Positions 29,901 to 36,204 of a DNA stretch of 48,466 bases are shown here, one piece after another. The stretch covers positions 1 to 48,466 of the forward strand of contig JANLOX010000242.1 of the NCBI GenBank assembly GCA_031366795.1, in the 5' to 3' direction. A model generated the notes under the pieces. That model did no database searches, had not been told where the DNA came from, and was given only the letters and a program-made list of their open reading frames with translations. The stretch comes from Candidatus Eiseniibacteriota bacterium. Lineage in GTDB: Bacteria; Eisenbacteria; RBG-16-71-46. Numbering within the stretch: position 1 is the first letter of the stretch; the number at the start of each line of letters is the position of its first letter. The translations under genes and the position numbers were made by a program.

Positions 29901-31249
29901 CCGGCTGGAGCGGGGACACGACCTCCGCCGCCAATCCGCTGAGCGTCGCCATGTGGCGCAACCGCTCGATGACGGCGACGTTCGTGATCGACACGCACAC
30001 ACTGGGCGTCACCGCCGTGGGCAGCGGTAGTGTGGCCCGCTCGCCGAGCCAGGCGTCCTACAACTACGGCGCGATCGTGACTCTCACGGCGGCGCCCAGT
30101 ACGGGCTGGTCGTTTGTGAGCTGGAGCGGTTCGGCGTCCGGGACATCCAATCCCACGACCGTGACCATGACCGTCGACCGCGCGGTGACCGCGACGTTCG
30201 CCATTGGTGTGCACCTGCTCGACGTTTCGATCGTGGGTTCGGGCACGGTCACACGCAACCCCGCAGGCAACGCATTCGACTACGGCACGGTCGTCAAGCT
30301 GACCGCGACCCCTTCCGCCGGCTGGAGATTCGACGGTTGGAGCGGCGACCTGTCCGGCGTCGCCAGTCCCGACTCGGTGGTGATGACGGTGGACCACTCG
30401 GTGGGTGCGTTGTTCGCGATCGACGAGTACGCCTTGAACGTGACCGTGACGGGCAAGGGGGCGGTTCTCGCCTCGCCCGACCAGCCGAGTTATGCGACGG
30501 GTACCGTCGTGCACCTGAGCGCGCAACCCTCCGCGGGCTGGACGTTCATGGGCTGGGGCGGTGATGCCACCGGCGCCGCCAACCCGATCGATGTCACCGT
30601 GTCGCGCGAGATGCTGGCCGTGGCGGTGTTCGCGGATCGCACCGCCCCGGTGGCCCAAGTGCTGTCCCCCAACGGCGGACAGTCGCTGACCGTGGGAGAC
30701 ACGCTGTCGGTGCGCTGGAAGGCGAGCGATCTCGATGGCGTGCAATCGGTCGACCTGTGGCTGGTGCGCCCGGGCTTCAGCGATTCGCTCACCAGTATCG
30801 CGAGCGGCCTGGCGAACTCCGGCCTGTTCCACTGGACGGTTCCCTCGAAGCCGGCCAGTGAAGGCTATGTGCGCGCGGTCGCGCGCGACACCAGCGGTAA
30901 TGCGCGCGTGGACCAGAGCGACGCGCCGTTCGAGATCAAGAACGGAGTGCTGGCCGTGGGGTCAGGCGTCGAGCTGCAACTGGCCCTGCTGCCGCCCACG
31001 CCGAATCCCGCGGCCGGCCGTCTGCGCCTGTCGTTCACCCTGCCTGCCGCGGCGAGCGTCAAGTTGATCGTGCTCGATGTGACAGGGCGTGAAGTGGCGA
31101 CGGTCGTGGATGCCTGGCAGCCGGCGGGCCGTCACGAGATCGTGTGGGACCGTCGCAGCGGCCGTGTCAGCGCGGCACCCGGCGTCTACTTCGCGCGGCT
31201 GCAGGTCGGGCACGACGAGCGCGTGAGGAAGTTCATTCTCGCGCAATAA
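17927..31249 (+). CDS. Giant secreted/surface repeat protein (~4,440 aa): signal peptide, three ~780-aa modules, 26 InlB-B-like repeats, Ig-like domain, C-terminal T9SS/FlgD-like sorting domain (alternative start GTG 17870)
   Basis: Uninterrupted 13.3-kb ORF; signal peptide ending GIAHA-D; W(T/V)G..GDG..W....NW module starts; ~70-aa repeats with G.G.V...P....Y..G..V.LTA.P..G..F..W.GD....NP......R..TA.F; terminal PNP...F.LP....V...V.DV.GREV...GVYFARL. Confidence 0.9.
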   Translation: MCPPAKRRRARIASFVLCVAVSLAVSSGIAHADRRWTGLGDGTSWSAAANWEGNAVPGVADDIRLDHAFVAGAYTVQLPGGSATTSLHRLSIVPGNAVAITLVLPATNIGNPGLKAGDNLAGTDDIILGTGAVLVNASSASFGNGIEANSVANGSVRIENGGRYLHSTQRATSGIVQLLSTAPGTELGVFEFDVPSTNNYTISAAGRTYGSLTLTRSAGAASYTALGSTEFRVRGNLRINPGVSLASSMTGTFRLGGNFSNDGTQAALPSNQATIFDGPGVQILSGGSGLTINGNATIQPGTTLAVDNRQFFANGVLNINGRLRVDVDVTPGGVGTFVYGSGTGELELNSPTLPLSVTALNQRCWPAIAGPSVVYVRGAGLSLELARTVSQLLSISAPVSGAQLLTVTGTLERNAGATLNASPAYGPASTLRYASGASPGVEWIAGGTVGAGVPHDVVVDCGTGSVILPASGRIVPGSLSILSGTLWYDSDTGMLSVRGDANLQGGLWTFGRPLTLDGTGLQLLSGADALASVPLRIAKSAGSVRLASDVKIHSGLLFDGGAGDVLDLDGHELSLDGAVGGTHSGGVLRGSAQSSLEIGPGGVATPIAFTSGGAMLHRLTVDGPPEIAAFTLGADLTVLDSLVLVSGRVATDLHVLTLAVNGVIEQTAGWVHGQLAEGVPAGNGATLLFAVGDSLAYAPATLVFATVTASGMLTLSTTHGDHPQLASGSNIDPGHSVNRVWHLASSGFGFTTYFTHLEFNAADVDDNSDPLHFGIARYTGSGWVGTTPGGRTMTSAEANGLDGLGDLAIGAVPTYTLSATSNGNGTVAVTPLLTSYTWGEIVRLNAAAFPGYQLGQWGGDATGNDNPLDLVMDGNKSIQATFAINQYAVDLAIVGHGTVSRSLDQPLYDHGTPLALTGAADPHWHFQNWTGSLTSASNPLNLTVTSALSLTATFKLDTFAVTVTPTAGGTVTRVPYRAFYAYGDTTVLTAKPVTGYAFVSWGGGASGSANPLTITIDTTKVITAAFAINGYSLVTSVTGNGSLIRSPDLATYNHGTPVTLTATAGSQYHFVGYSGDTTTTTNPLSFIMTGSRSVTATFAIDTRALTTLVVGSGSVLREPDLAAYPIGSSVQLTAVPNPGQAFAGWTGDTTAFTNPSTLVMNTNRSVTATFEANTPKYWTGLGDGVSWGDGLNWIRNTPPVLADEVILDNSMLGTDFLVQLPAGSSPVLVHRLSIRPAASHTITLKLPATNTANPGLAVGDSLAGTDDIIVGSGGVLINASGASAGNGIQTATVGNGGVRIEDGGRYVHASLRSASGVVPVLSTATGTEQGICEYDVPGTANWNVSLSGRTYGSLVLTRTAGAATYGALGSSASRIRGALRINSNVTFAPSLTGTLELRGDVVSNGAPLMLPAAVPLLVSGSSLQTLSGSSSIQFAGATTIAAGATLALSSSAFTNSGTLVINGVLRLLDGAVPAGAGTYVYDATTGTLEIAAQNAPYSIDTGNYWPVSSSPALVRVMAAGATIKIAHSVAHTLSVLAPLTGAGLLSIDGTLEMAAGGAVSGAPVYQSGSILRYIAPQTTGPEWTTAGGVGAGAPYHVDIALAAAEVLHLTAVEHSVFGNLTLSGGTCQLNALGGHLVLNGNLSGAGSMDTNDRSFLLRGVATQTLSTANPLTLDYLRIEKAGGQVLAQTDMTLVGAGGDALDFNGSGGDFLSFDGHTLTLKGAVGGSDATGAIRGNNNSSLVLAGSNNMGILKLAASSQTLASLRINIAGASPLITLGSPLTVINSLLLDQGVLATGANVLTVFSGATVTRASGYVNGKLARQVNAGANVPANFDVGDGGYAPVTLLFHAVTTSGTVQVTTTAGDHPNLASVALDSLHSVNRYWTLSTSAVVFDSTTATFGFSAADVDPGSDPLGFEVRRYSGGWTRPIPGLRTATSTAVTGLTSLGDFAVARPLVYSLNVSSTAGGSVAKVPNQSAYDAGTAVTVTATNQPGYHFTGWTQSVTGTTNPLNFVMNSDLTLTANFQVNGPKQWVGATAGGDGVTWPSPLNWTDGATPIASEEVILDNTFVTGTYSLALPAGTTTLLRLTISPSVGRTITLNLPATNTANPGLLVGDGSGLSDDIVLGSGAVLKNSSGAAAGSGIAFNTSSNSVFRINGGGRYVHNTARSASALTALLSAAAGTETGEFEYDVAGTANYAIDASGATYGALTLTRSAGAATYTAAGGNALTVRGALKTNAGITLASTMSGALNLAGDLTVNGAALTIPATQVVNFNANGVQVVSGAVSITLAGNSTVAAGATAAIAAASFLNNGTLTINGALQLNQSGVPAGTGTYSYSAATGTLIFNNTSGTVAVSSTSPFWPASNSPTNVTVQGGGGISLGSVVARTIPGVLRIGAPLSRAGVLTCTGTVQMNSGGSISISAPKYSGTPTLVYAASLSVGIEWSSGTFVGIGVPQHVSIANGTVNMPNSDRDVLGNLTISNGAALVCSASLGNLNLHGNLTCDGGLTPNGRTVQFTGSTLQTVGGTTEMGLNFVSINKAGGSVQLLNDLAITGTSATSLAFNGSTGDILNLNGRSLTVAGAIGGTDPTAKFSGTTSSVLVLNGDAAIGSIQFSAGAQSLKHLTFGGAAPTLTLASPLTLSGTLSLGAAKLTNATNTLSMAAGGAVTRTTGFVLGNLSKSLASGSGVTANFEVGTGTAYTPVAVSFGSITAAGTLTVSTTATEHPQIATSSIDATRSLNRYWTLTNGGLVFNQYSGTFTFVPADLDATADPLTFLARRFSASAWNAATMGTPNSTSTQVTGATAFGDYAFGAQAQFTVNLSTLGNGTVAKNPGTATYTYGQVVALTATPNSGQAFVSWSGDTTTLTNPLSIVVTRNRSLTANFTYTMTTAVVGGGSVAKSPNLTAYTPGTVVSLTATPTTGYNFSAWSGDTVAAGNPISLAMTSNRSVTATFALKTYTITLANVGNGTAAKSPDQATYTHGSAVTLTATPAGGNSFVSWSGDTATATNPLNIVVTKNRTLTANFTWALNTAVSGGGSVARNPNLAAYNPGTSVTLTPTPSVGWNFTGWTGDTTTANASLVFVMNKNRSYTANFALNTYTVTLTDVGNGTSARNPAQANYTYGSTVVLTAVPIAGNAFVSWSGDTATTTNPLSIVVTKNRALTANYTYSLTTALSGNGSIGVAPSQSAFNAGTPVTLTATAGVGSTFSGWTGDTTTATNPLALVMTRNRSLTANFTLQTYTVTLAALGNGAAAKAPVQANYTYGSTVTLTGTPSAGNAFVAWSGDTATSTNPLSLVVTRNRSLTANFTFALVTAVAGNGSVAVSPNQTAFVAGSAATLTATPATGYSFTGWTGDTTAATNPLNLVITRNRSLTANFAINSYTLSVNISGSGSVLQSPNQPSYTHGTSVTLTATPQPGFNFAGWSGDTAAVTNPLSIVMTRNRSLTATFAINQYTVVGSVAGSGAVALSPNLANYNYGFTVSLSATPDAGWHFTGWTGDTTTVTNPLSMVVTRNRALTGNFAIDTHTLTVTTVGSGSVARNPNLANYNYGTVVALTVTPAPGWSFTGWTGDVVSAANSVNVTLDANRSVTATFTIDTHVLNLTTVGSGAIAKSPDLAAYDYGTVVTLTATPPAGWHFGGYTGDLVTGTNPATVTMNADRAVSGTFVQDNYALAVTIVGSGTVARSPDLASYPSGTLVALTATPLAAYHFVGWSGDLVSASNPVSITMNAARAVTATFALDTHALAVAIVGSGAVSRSPNLANVPQGTVMTLTATPQTGWSFAGWSGDTTTATNPLVLTVVSDLNFTATFTLNSYTLSSAVSGNGGIDISPNLASYPHGTSVTLTATPDAGWQFAGWTGDTTAVAPGLALVMTRNRSLAANFTVLTYTLAVTSSGSGGVVRTPSQANYAAFTPVTLTATATGGNNFLGWSGDTTANSPSLSLTMTRNRTLTATFTYSLTLAVVGSGSVSRVPSAWVYAPGTIVALTPTPSAGYHFTGWSGDTTSAANPLSVAMWRNRSMTATFVIDTHTLGVTAVGSGSVARSPSQASYNYGAIVTLTAAPSTGWSFVSWSGSASGTSNPTTVTMTVDRAVTATFAIGVHLLDVSIVGSGTVTRNPAGNAFDYGTVVKLTATPSAGWRFDGWSGDLSGVASPDSVVMTVDHSVGALFAIDEYALNVTVTGKGAVLASPDQPSYATGTVVHLSAQPSAGWTFMGWGGDATGAANPIDVTVSREMLAVAVFADRTAPVAQVLSPNGGQSLTVGDTLSVRWKASDLDGVQSVDLWLVRPGFSDSLTSIASGLANSGLFHWTVPSKPASEGYVRAVARDTSGNARVDQSDAPFEIKNGVLAVGSGVELQLALLPPTPNPAAGRLRLSFTLPAAASVKLIVLDVTGREVATVVDAWQPAGRHEIVWDRRSGRVSAAPGVYFARLQVGHDERVRKFILAQ
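18023..26360 (+). repeat. Three large intragenic repeat modules (~18023-20360, ~21452-23785, ~24014-26360)
   Basis: Each carries LPATN..NPGL..GD...DDI..G.G, G.YVH...RS, E(F/Y)DV.....Y, TYG.L.LTR.AGAA.Y, HP.(L/I)A and S.NR.W.L in the same order. Confidence 0.85.
26362..30635 (+). repeat. Tandem array of 20 InlB-B-like (~69-72 aa) repeats; 5 more at ~20366-21440 and 1 at ~23790-24000
   Basis: Counted from the translation; conserved F.(G/S)W(S/T)GD and NP...R..TA.F. Confidence 0.85.
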
Positions 31250-31298
31250 CGCCCGCCCCTAGGAACCCGTAGCGGCTGGGCCGCCTGAACGCGGTCCG

Positions 31299-32471
31299 CT
31301 AAAGCGGGCGAGTATTGCCGCGGCGGACCAGCCGCAAGCCGCGCCGCCACAGGTAAACCGCGCGCCGCGCGTGTAAGGCCCCGATTGCGGCGAGCAGGGC
31401 CACCAGCGGCTCGAACCCCAGCCGCGCGCGTGAGGCGCCGGCCGCGGTGAGTGCTGCGAGCATCAACGCCAGTAGCGCCACGAGTGGGAGCGACTGGTAC
31501 CAGCGGCGCGGCCCCGACAACGTGCGCACGGCGCCCCATCCCGCGAGCATCAGCCAGGCGATTTCAAGGGCGGCGAGGAGGGTGAGCAGCGGATTGGGCT
31601 GAACGGCACCGTCCGGCGCTGACGCGTGTGCGGGCACGGGCACGGGCACACGCACGGGTGCGGGAGTCGTCGTCTGCGTGACCTCATTCGCCGGCCCATC
31701 CTCGCGTGGAAGCAATGTCCAGACTTCTGCCAGACGCGCGAGACTCGTTGCGGCCGATTCGCGCACTGTGCGCGTGCGGGATTCGGTGAGCGTGACCTGC
31801 GCCCAGCGGCGGAGTACTGCTGAATTGCGGAGCGTCCATGGCGTCACCACGACGCACAGCCCGAGCAGCACGAGCCCTGCCTGGTTGAGGCGTTCGCGCG
31901 GCGGCACGGTCAGTCCCAGCGGCCGCCAACTCCAGGCGAGGATGAGCGGCGCGAGCAGCACTCCGGCGAACGACGCCACTGCCGCGATGCCGCACAGCAG
32001 CCCGGCACCGAAGGCGCGGCCGCGGCGCGGCGTGCGCAACCACGCGGCACCGGCCGCGAGCGCCAACAGCACCGCGAACGCAAATACGTTCGCGTCGAGC
32101 GCGAGTGCGCCGGCGAGCAGGAACGGCGAGAGCGCGACGCTCCATCCCACGGCGCGCCCCGCGGTGGGACCGAACAGGCCCGCGGTGAGTGCCGATGCCG
32201 CAGGGGCGGCGAGCGCGCCGGCGAGCACCGCCACGGCAGGGAGCGTCAGGGGGTAAGCGTGCGTCGCCCCCAGCGCCTGCGACAACAACCATGGGCTTAA
32301 GGGGGCGACCAGTGTGTCCGCGGCCGGTGGTAACGGGGGGAGCCCCGCCGGAACGAGCAGGGCGACGCCGGCCCGAAGGGCCGCGGCGGTCCCGAACAGG
32401 GCCAACCCGGCTCCCATGTCACGGGGCGGCTCGAAGCGGGGGCGGGGGGCATCCTGGGCGCGCTGGATCAT
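31299..32471 (-). CDS. Multi-pass membrane protein, ArnT/PMT-like (GT-C) glycosyltransferase homologue
   Basis: Many TM helices, RAFGAGLLCGIA and VVVTPWTLRN signatures; ATG 32471 downstream of TATACT (32482-32487, - strand). Confidence 0.55.
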   Translation of the reverse strand: MIQRAQDAPRPRFEPPRDMGAGLALFGTAAALRAGVALLVPAGLPPLPPAADTLVAPLSPWLLSQALGATHAYPLTLPAVAVLAGALAAPAASALTAGLFGPTAGRAVGWSVALSPFLLAGALALDANVFAFAVLLALAAGAAWLRTPRRGRAFGAGLLCGIAAVASFAGVLLAPLILAWSWRPLGLTVPPRERLNQAGLVLLGLCVVVTPWTLRNSAVLRRWAQVTLTESRTRTVRESAATSLARLAEVWTLLPREDGPANEVTQTTTPAPVRVPVPVPAHASAPDGAVQPNPLLTLLAALEIAWLMLAGWGAVRTLSGPRRWYQSLPLVALLALMLAALTAAGASRARLGFEPLVALLAAIGALHARRAVYLWRRGLRLVRRGNTRPL

Positions 32472-32706
32472 GCGTGAGCCCAGTATAACGGAGCGGCACC
32501 GGGCGTCGAACTCGCGGCCTGCATCGCGGCTTGGGCGGGTGCCGTGCACTTTGCAAGGCCGCAGGGTGGGACGCGCGTTCAGTGTTTGAACCCACGCGTG
32601 CCGGGACCGTGCAGGGCCACAGCTTGGAGCGCTGCAACAAAGCACGGCGCGCGATCGCCGTCGCGGCCGACGAGTTGCAACAGGTCCCTCGCGGAGGGAG
32701 CCCATC

Positions 32707-33222
32707 ATGGACCACTACATACCCAAGCGCCGCATTCCCGCGACGTTAGGGACGGGAGACCGGCGCGATGTTTCCGGCTGGTTGTTCCTGGATCTCGATG
32801 CGCATGGTACGCAGCATCCCACGTTGCTCGATACGTTGAATCTCTCGACTCCGTTCCTGCCCGTGGTCGTTGGGGAAGAGGGCCGCGTTCATTTGTTCCG
32901 GCGCGACCGCCTGCTGCGCGTCACGCCGTCCCGCCACGTGCTGCCGAGCGATCTCTATGCGCGCGGGTTCAAGGAATGGCGGGAGGAACGCGCCGAGCTC
33001 ACGCTGGTCGATGGCACGCGGCTGAGCGGCCACGTGTGGATGCCGCTCGAGCGCGACTCGCAGCGGTTGTCCGATTTCATGAATCACCTGGGGGGGCGCT
33101 TCTTCGTGCTGATCACCGCGACCGGCACGCAATTCATCAATGGCATGGCGGTGGCCGAGCTCGGGCTCGACGAAAGCGCTGGCGCGCCATTGGTATCGGC
33201 GAACGGAGCGTTTGGGGGCTGA
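32707..33222 (+). CDS. Hypothetical protein with an internal two-fold repeat (DUF6812-like)
   Basis: SGWLFL...TLLDTLN...FLPV repeated as SGHVWM...RLSDFMN...FFVL; GGAGGGAG RBS. Confidence 0.7.
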   Translation: MDHYIPKRRIPATLGTGDRRDVSGWLFLDLDAHGTQHPTLLDTLNLSTPFLPVVVGEEGRVHLFRRDRLLRVTPSRHVLPSDLYARGFKEWREERAELTLVDGTRLSGHVWMPLERDSQRLSDFMNHLGGRFFVLITATGTQFINGMAVAELGLDESAGAPLVSANGAFGG

Positions 33223-33383
33223 CCCGGACGCGTCATGATGCCCGGCCTGCGAACGCGACCCGGCCGCCTGCCGGTTGAGCGGAGGATCGTGCGCTGGCGG
33301 TCGATGAATCCCCGGCGGTAGAGTCGGGCGCGAATCCGGCACCTAGCTGCCGCCCGACGCCGACCAACCCCCGGGGTGCTCCC

Positions 33384-35003
33384 ATGACCGTTCCATCGAC
33401 TACGTCCTCGCCCGCCGCGGTGGAGTCGGCGCGCGCGTTCCTCGGCTCCATCGTCGCGCGACTCGAACCGCTGCAACTCGAGTTCAACAGCGCCGGCTGG
33501 GACGCCAGCGTTTCGGGCTCGGCGGCGGACGCCGCGCGGCGCGCCGGCTTCGATACGCAGATTCGCGCGCTGCTCTGCGACGCGGCGGCGTTTGCCGCGG
33601 TGCGCAACCATCGCGCGGCGGTGCGTGGCGCGGATGCGCAACTGGACCGCGAACTCGAGGTGCTCGAGCACACGCTGGCCGCTCACCAGATGCCGCGGGC
33701 GACGATCGACCAGCTCGTCGCCCTGGAGACCCGGCTCGATGGGACGTTCAATAATTTCCGTGCCGCGACGGCTGCTGGACCCATGAGTGACAATGCGTTA
33801 CGCGAAATCCTTCAGGCTTCGGATGACGTCCCGCTGCGGCGCGAGGCGTGGGAAGCCTCGAAGCAGGTGGGAGCGGCGGCAGCGCCCGAACTGCTGGAAC
33901 TGGTGCGGTTGCGCAACGAAGCAGCGCGCGCCCTGGGCTACCGCGACTTCTACGCGATGTCGCTGACGCTCGACGAGCTGGACGAGGCGGAACTGTTCGC
34001 GCAACTCGATCGCGTCGAAGCCGGAACGCGCGAGACGTTTCGCGCCTATCGCTTAGGCCTTGATACGCGCTTGAGCGCGCGGTTCGGCATCTCGCCCGAA
34101 CAGGTGCGGCCCTGGCACATGAGCGATCCGTTTTTCCAGGAGGCCCCGGCCGCCGCCATCAATCTCGATGCCTGGTTCGAGGGCCGCGATCCGGTGCAAC
34201 TCGCGCGCGAGTTCTTCAAAGGCATCGGGCTCGAGCTGGGCGACTTGATCGAGCGCGCCGACCTCTACGAAAAACCCGGCAAGAGCCAGCACGCGTTCTG
34301 TGTCTCGATCGACCGCATGGCCGACGTTCGCGTGCTGTGCAACCTGCGGCCCAACGAATTCTGGATGAGCGTGCTGCTGCATGAGCTCGGGCACGCGGTC
34401 TACGATCGCAGCATCGACCGCACGCGCCCCTGGCTGTTGCGCGCCCCGGCCCACACGCTCACGACCGAGGCGAGTGCCATGTTGTTCGGTCGGCTGTCGC
34501 GCAACGGCGCATGGCTCGCGCGCTGGGTTCGAGTCGACGCGGCGGAGGCTGAGCGCGCTGGGTCAACGCTCGAAGTGGCGACGCGCGAGCAGTTGCTGGT
34601 GATGACGCGCTGGTGTCTCGTGATGTGCCACATGGAACGCGCCCTGTACGCGGATCCCGAACAGGATCTCGCGGCGTTGTGGTGGGATCTCGTCGAGCGC
34701 TTCCAGATGCTGTGCCGTCCCGAGGGCAGGACGGCGCCCGACTGGGCGAGTAAGATCCATTTCAGCCTGGCACCGGTCTACTACCACAACTACCTGCTGG
34801 GCGAGATGCTCGCCTCGCAATTGCAACGCATGCTCGTGAGTGAAGTGGGCAGCGCGTGGATCACCCAGCCGGCGAGCGGCGCGCTGCTGCTCGAACGGGT
34901 GTACGCGCCGGGCAAGTCGCTCGACTGGCGCGCGCTGATCCAGTCGGCCACCGGGGCACCGCTCGCAGCGGATGCGTTCGTGGCGGAACTGTGCGCCGGA
35001 TGA
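33384..35003 (+). CDS. Gluzincin zinc metallopeptidase (M2/M3-like)
   Basis: HELGH, downstream TEASAMLF third ligand, GKSQHAFC and KIH...PVYYHNY motifs. Confidence 0.85.
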   Translation: MTVPSTTSSPAAVESARAFLGSIVARLEPLQLEFNSAGWDASVSGSAADAARRAGFDTQIRALLCDAAAFAAVRNHRAAVRGADAQLDRELEVLEHTLAAHQMPRATIDQLVALETRLDGTFNNFRAATAAGPMSDNALREILQASDDVPLRREAWEASKQVGAAAAPELLELVRLRNEAARALGYRDFYAMSLTLDELDEAELFAQLDRVEAGTRETFRAYRLGLDTRLSARFGISPEQVRPWHMSDPFFQEAPAAAINLDAWFEGRDPVQLAREFFKGIGLELGDLIERADLYEKPGKSQHAFCVSIDRMADVRVLCNLRPNEFWMSVLLHELGHAVYDRSIDRTRPWLLRAPAHTLTTEASAMLFGRLSRNGAWLARWVRVDAAEAERAGSTLEVATREQLLVMTRWCLVMCHMERALYADPEQDLAALWWDLVERFQMLCRPEGRTAPDWASKIHFSLAPVYYHNYLLGEMLASQLQRMLVSEVGSAWITQPASGALLLERVYAPGKSLDWRALIQSATGAPLAADAFVAELCAG

Positions 35004-35013
35004 TCGCTTGGGC

Positions 35014-36168
35014 ATGACGCCACACCTGCCGCTCGAAGGCATCACCATCCTCGACCTGACGCGCGTGCTGGCGGGGCCGTACGCCACGCAGATGCTCGGC
35101 GACCTGGGCGCCGAGGTATGGAAGATCGAGCGCCCGGGGGTGGGCGACGAGACGCGGGCGTGGGGGCCGCCGTTCGCGGCGGGCGAGTCGGCGTACTACC
35201 TCTCGATCAATCGCAACAAACGCAGCGCGGCACTCGACTTCGACGATGCTCGCGATCGCGTGGCACTGCGCACGGCGGCGCGGCAGGTGGACGTGGTGAT
35301 CGAGAACTTCCTGCCCGGCCAGCTCGAACGCTATGGGCTCGATGCGCGCTCGCTGCGTGATGCGAACCCGGCGCTCGTCGTCTGCTCGATCACCGGCTTC
35401 GGCCAGAGCGGCCCCTACGTGAACCTGCCCGGCTATGACGCGGTGCTCCAGGGATTCACGGGCCTGATGAGCGTGACGGGTGAGCCCGATCGAGCACCCG
35501 TCAAAGTGGGCGTGGCGACGATTGATGTATTGGCCGGCGCGCACGCCGCCGCCGCGATCCTCGCCGCACTCGTCGGTTGCTTACGCGGCGGCGTGGGCGC
35601 GCACCTCGATGTGTCGCTCGCGGAAACGGGTATCGCCGGCATGGTCAACGTCGCGCAGGGGACGCTGCTGACGGGTGCGCCCGCGCGCCGCTACGGCACG
35701 GCGCACCCGAATATCGTTCCCTACCAAACCTTCGCCACCGCCGATCGTCCCATCGTGATCGCCGTGGGCAACGACGAACAGTGGACACGGTTGTGCGATG
35801 CGCTGGGCCGGGCGGACTGGCAGCAGCGCGCTGACTGGCGGCTCAACCGCGATCGCGTGCTGCAGCGCGACGCGGTGATCGCGGCGCTTGGCGAATGGCT
35901 CGCGACGCGACCGCAACAGGAGTGGCTCGCCACACTCGCCCAGGCGGGAGTGCCGGCAGGACCCTTGCGGGATATCGACGAGGTTATGCTGGATCCGGCG
36001 CTCAGGGCACGCGACTTCGTCCGTGACGCCACCCTGGCGGGGGAGCCCACGAGCGTCCCGCTGCTGGCCCTGCCGTGGTGCATCGACGGTGTGCGACCGC
36101 CGCTGCGGCTGGCCCCGCCGCGGCTGGGCCAGCATACCGCGGCGTTCCGGGAGCGTTTCGCCACCTGA
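35014..36168 (+). CDS. Class III CoA-transferase (CaiB/BaiF family)
   Basis: LDLTRVLAGP, LGDLGAEVWKIE, NRNKRS, ENFLPG, GFGQSGP, GYD and APPRLGQHT motifs. Confidence 0.93.
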   Translation: MTPHLPLEGITILDLTRVLAGPYATQMLGDLGAEVWKIERPGVGDETRAWGPPFAAGESAYYLSINRNKRSAALDFDDARDRVALRTAARQVDVVIENFLPGQLERYGLDARSLRDANPALVVCSITGFGQSGPYVNLPGYDAVLQGFTGLMSVTGEPDRAPVKVGVATIDVLAGAHAAAAILAALVGCLRGGVGAHLDVSLAETGIAGMVNVAQGTLLTGAPARRYGTAHPNIVPYQTFATADRPIVIAVGNDEQWTRLCDALGRADWQQRADWRLNRDRVLQRDAVIAALGEWLATRPQQEWLATLAQAGVPAGPLRDIDEVMLDPALRARDFVRDATLAGEPTSVPLLALPWCIDGVRPPLRLAPPRLGQHTAAFRERFAT

Positions 36169-36204
36169 CGCTGGCCCACGCCCGTGGGTTAGACTTGAGC
36201 CTGC

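Noticed and set aside
26362..30635. CRISPR-like or DGR-like repeat array
   Set aside because: Repeats are in-frame, ~210 nt, synonymously diverged protein repeats; no identical direct repeats with spacers, no cas or reverse transcriptase gene.
29087..30832. 581-aa minus-strand ORF and other alternate-frame ORFs inside the giant gene
   Set aside because: Shadows of the repetitive GC-rich coding strand; Arg/His/Gly-rich with no recognisable domain.
31630..31662. Short GGGCAC tandem repeat
   Set aside because: Encodes a PVRVPVPVP linker with only about three copies; no evidence of phase variation.
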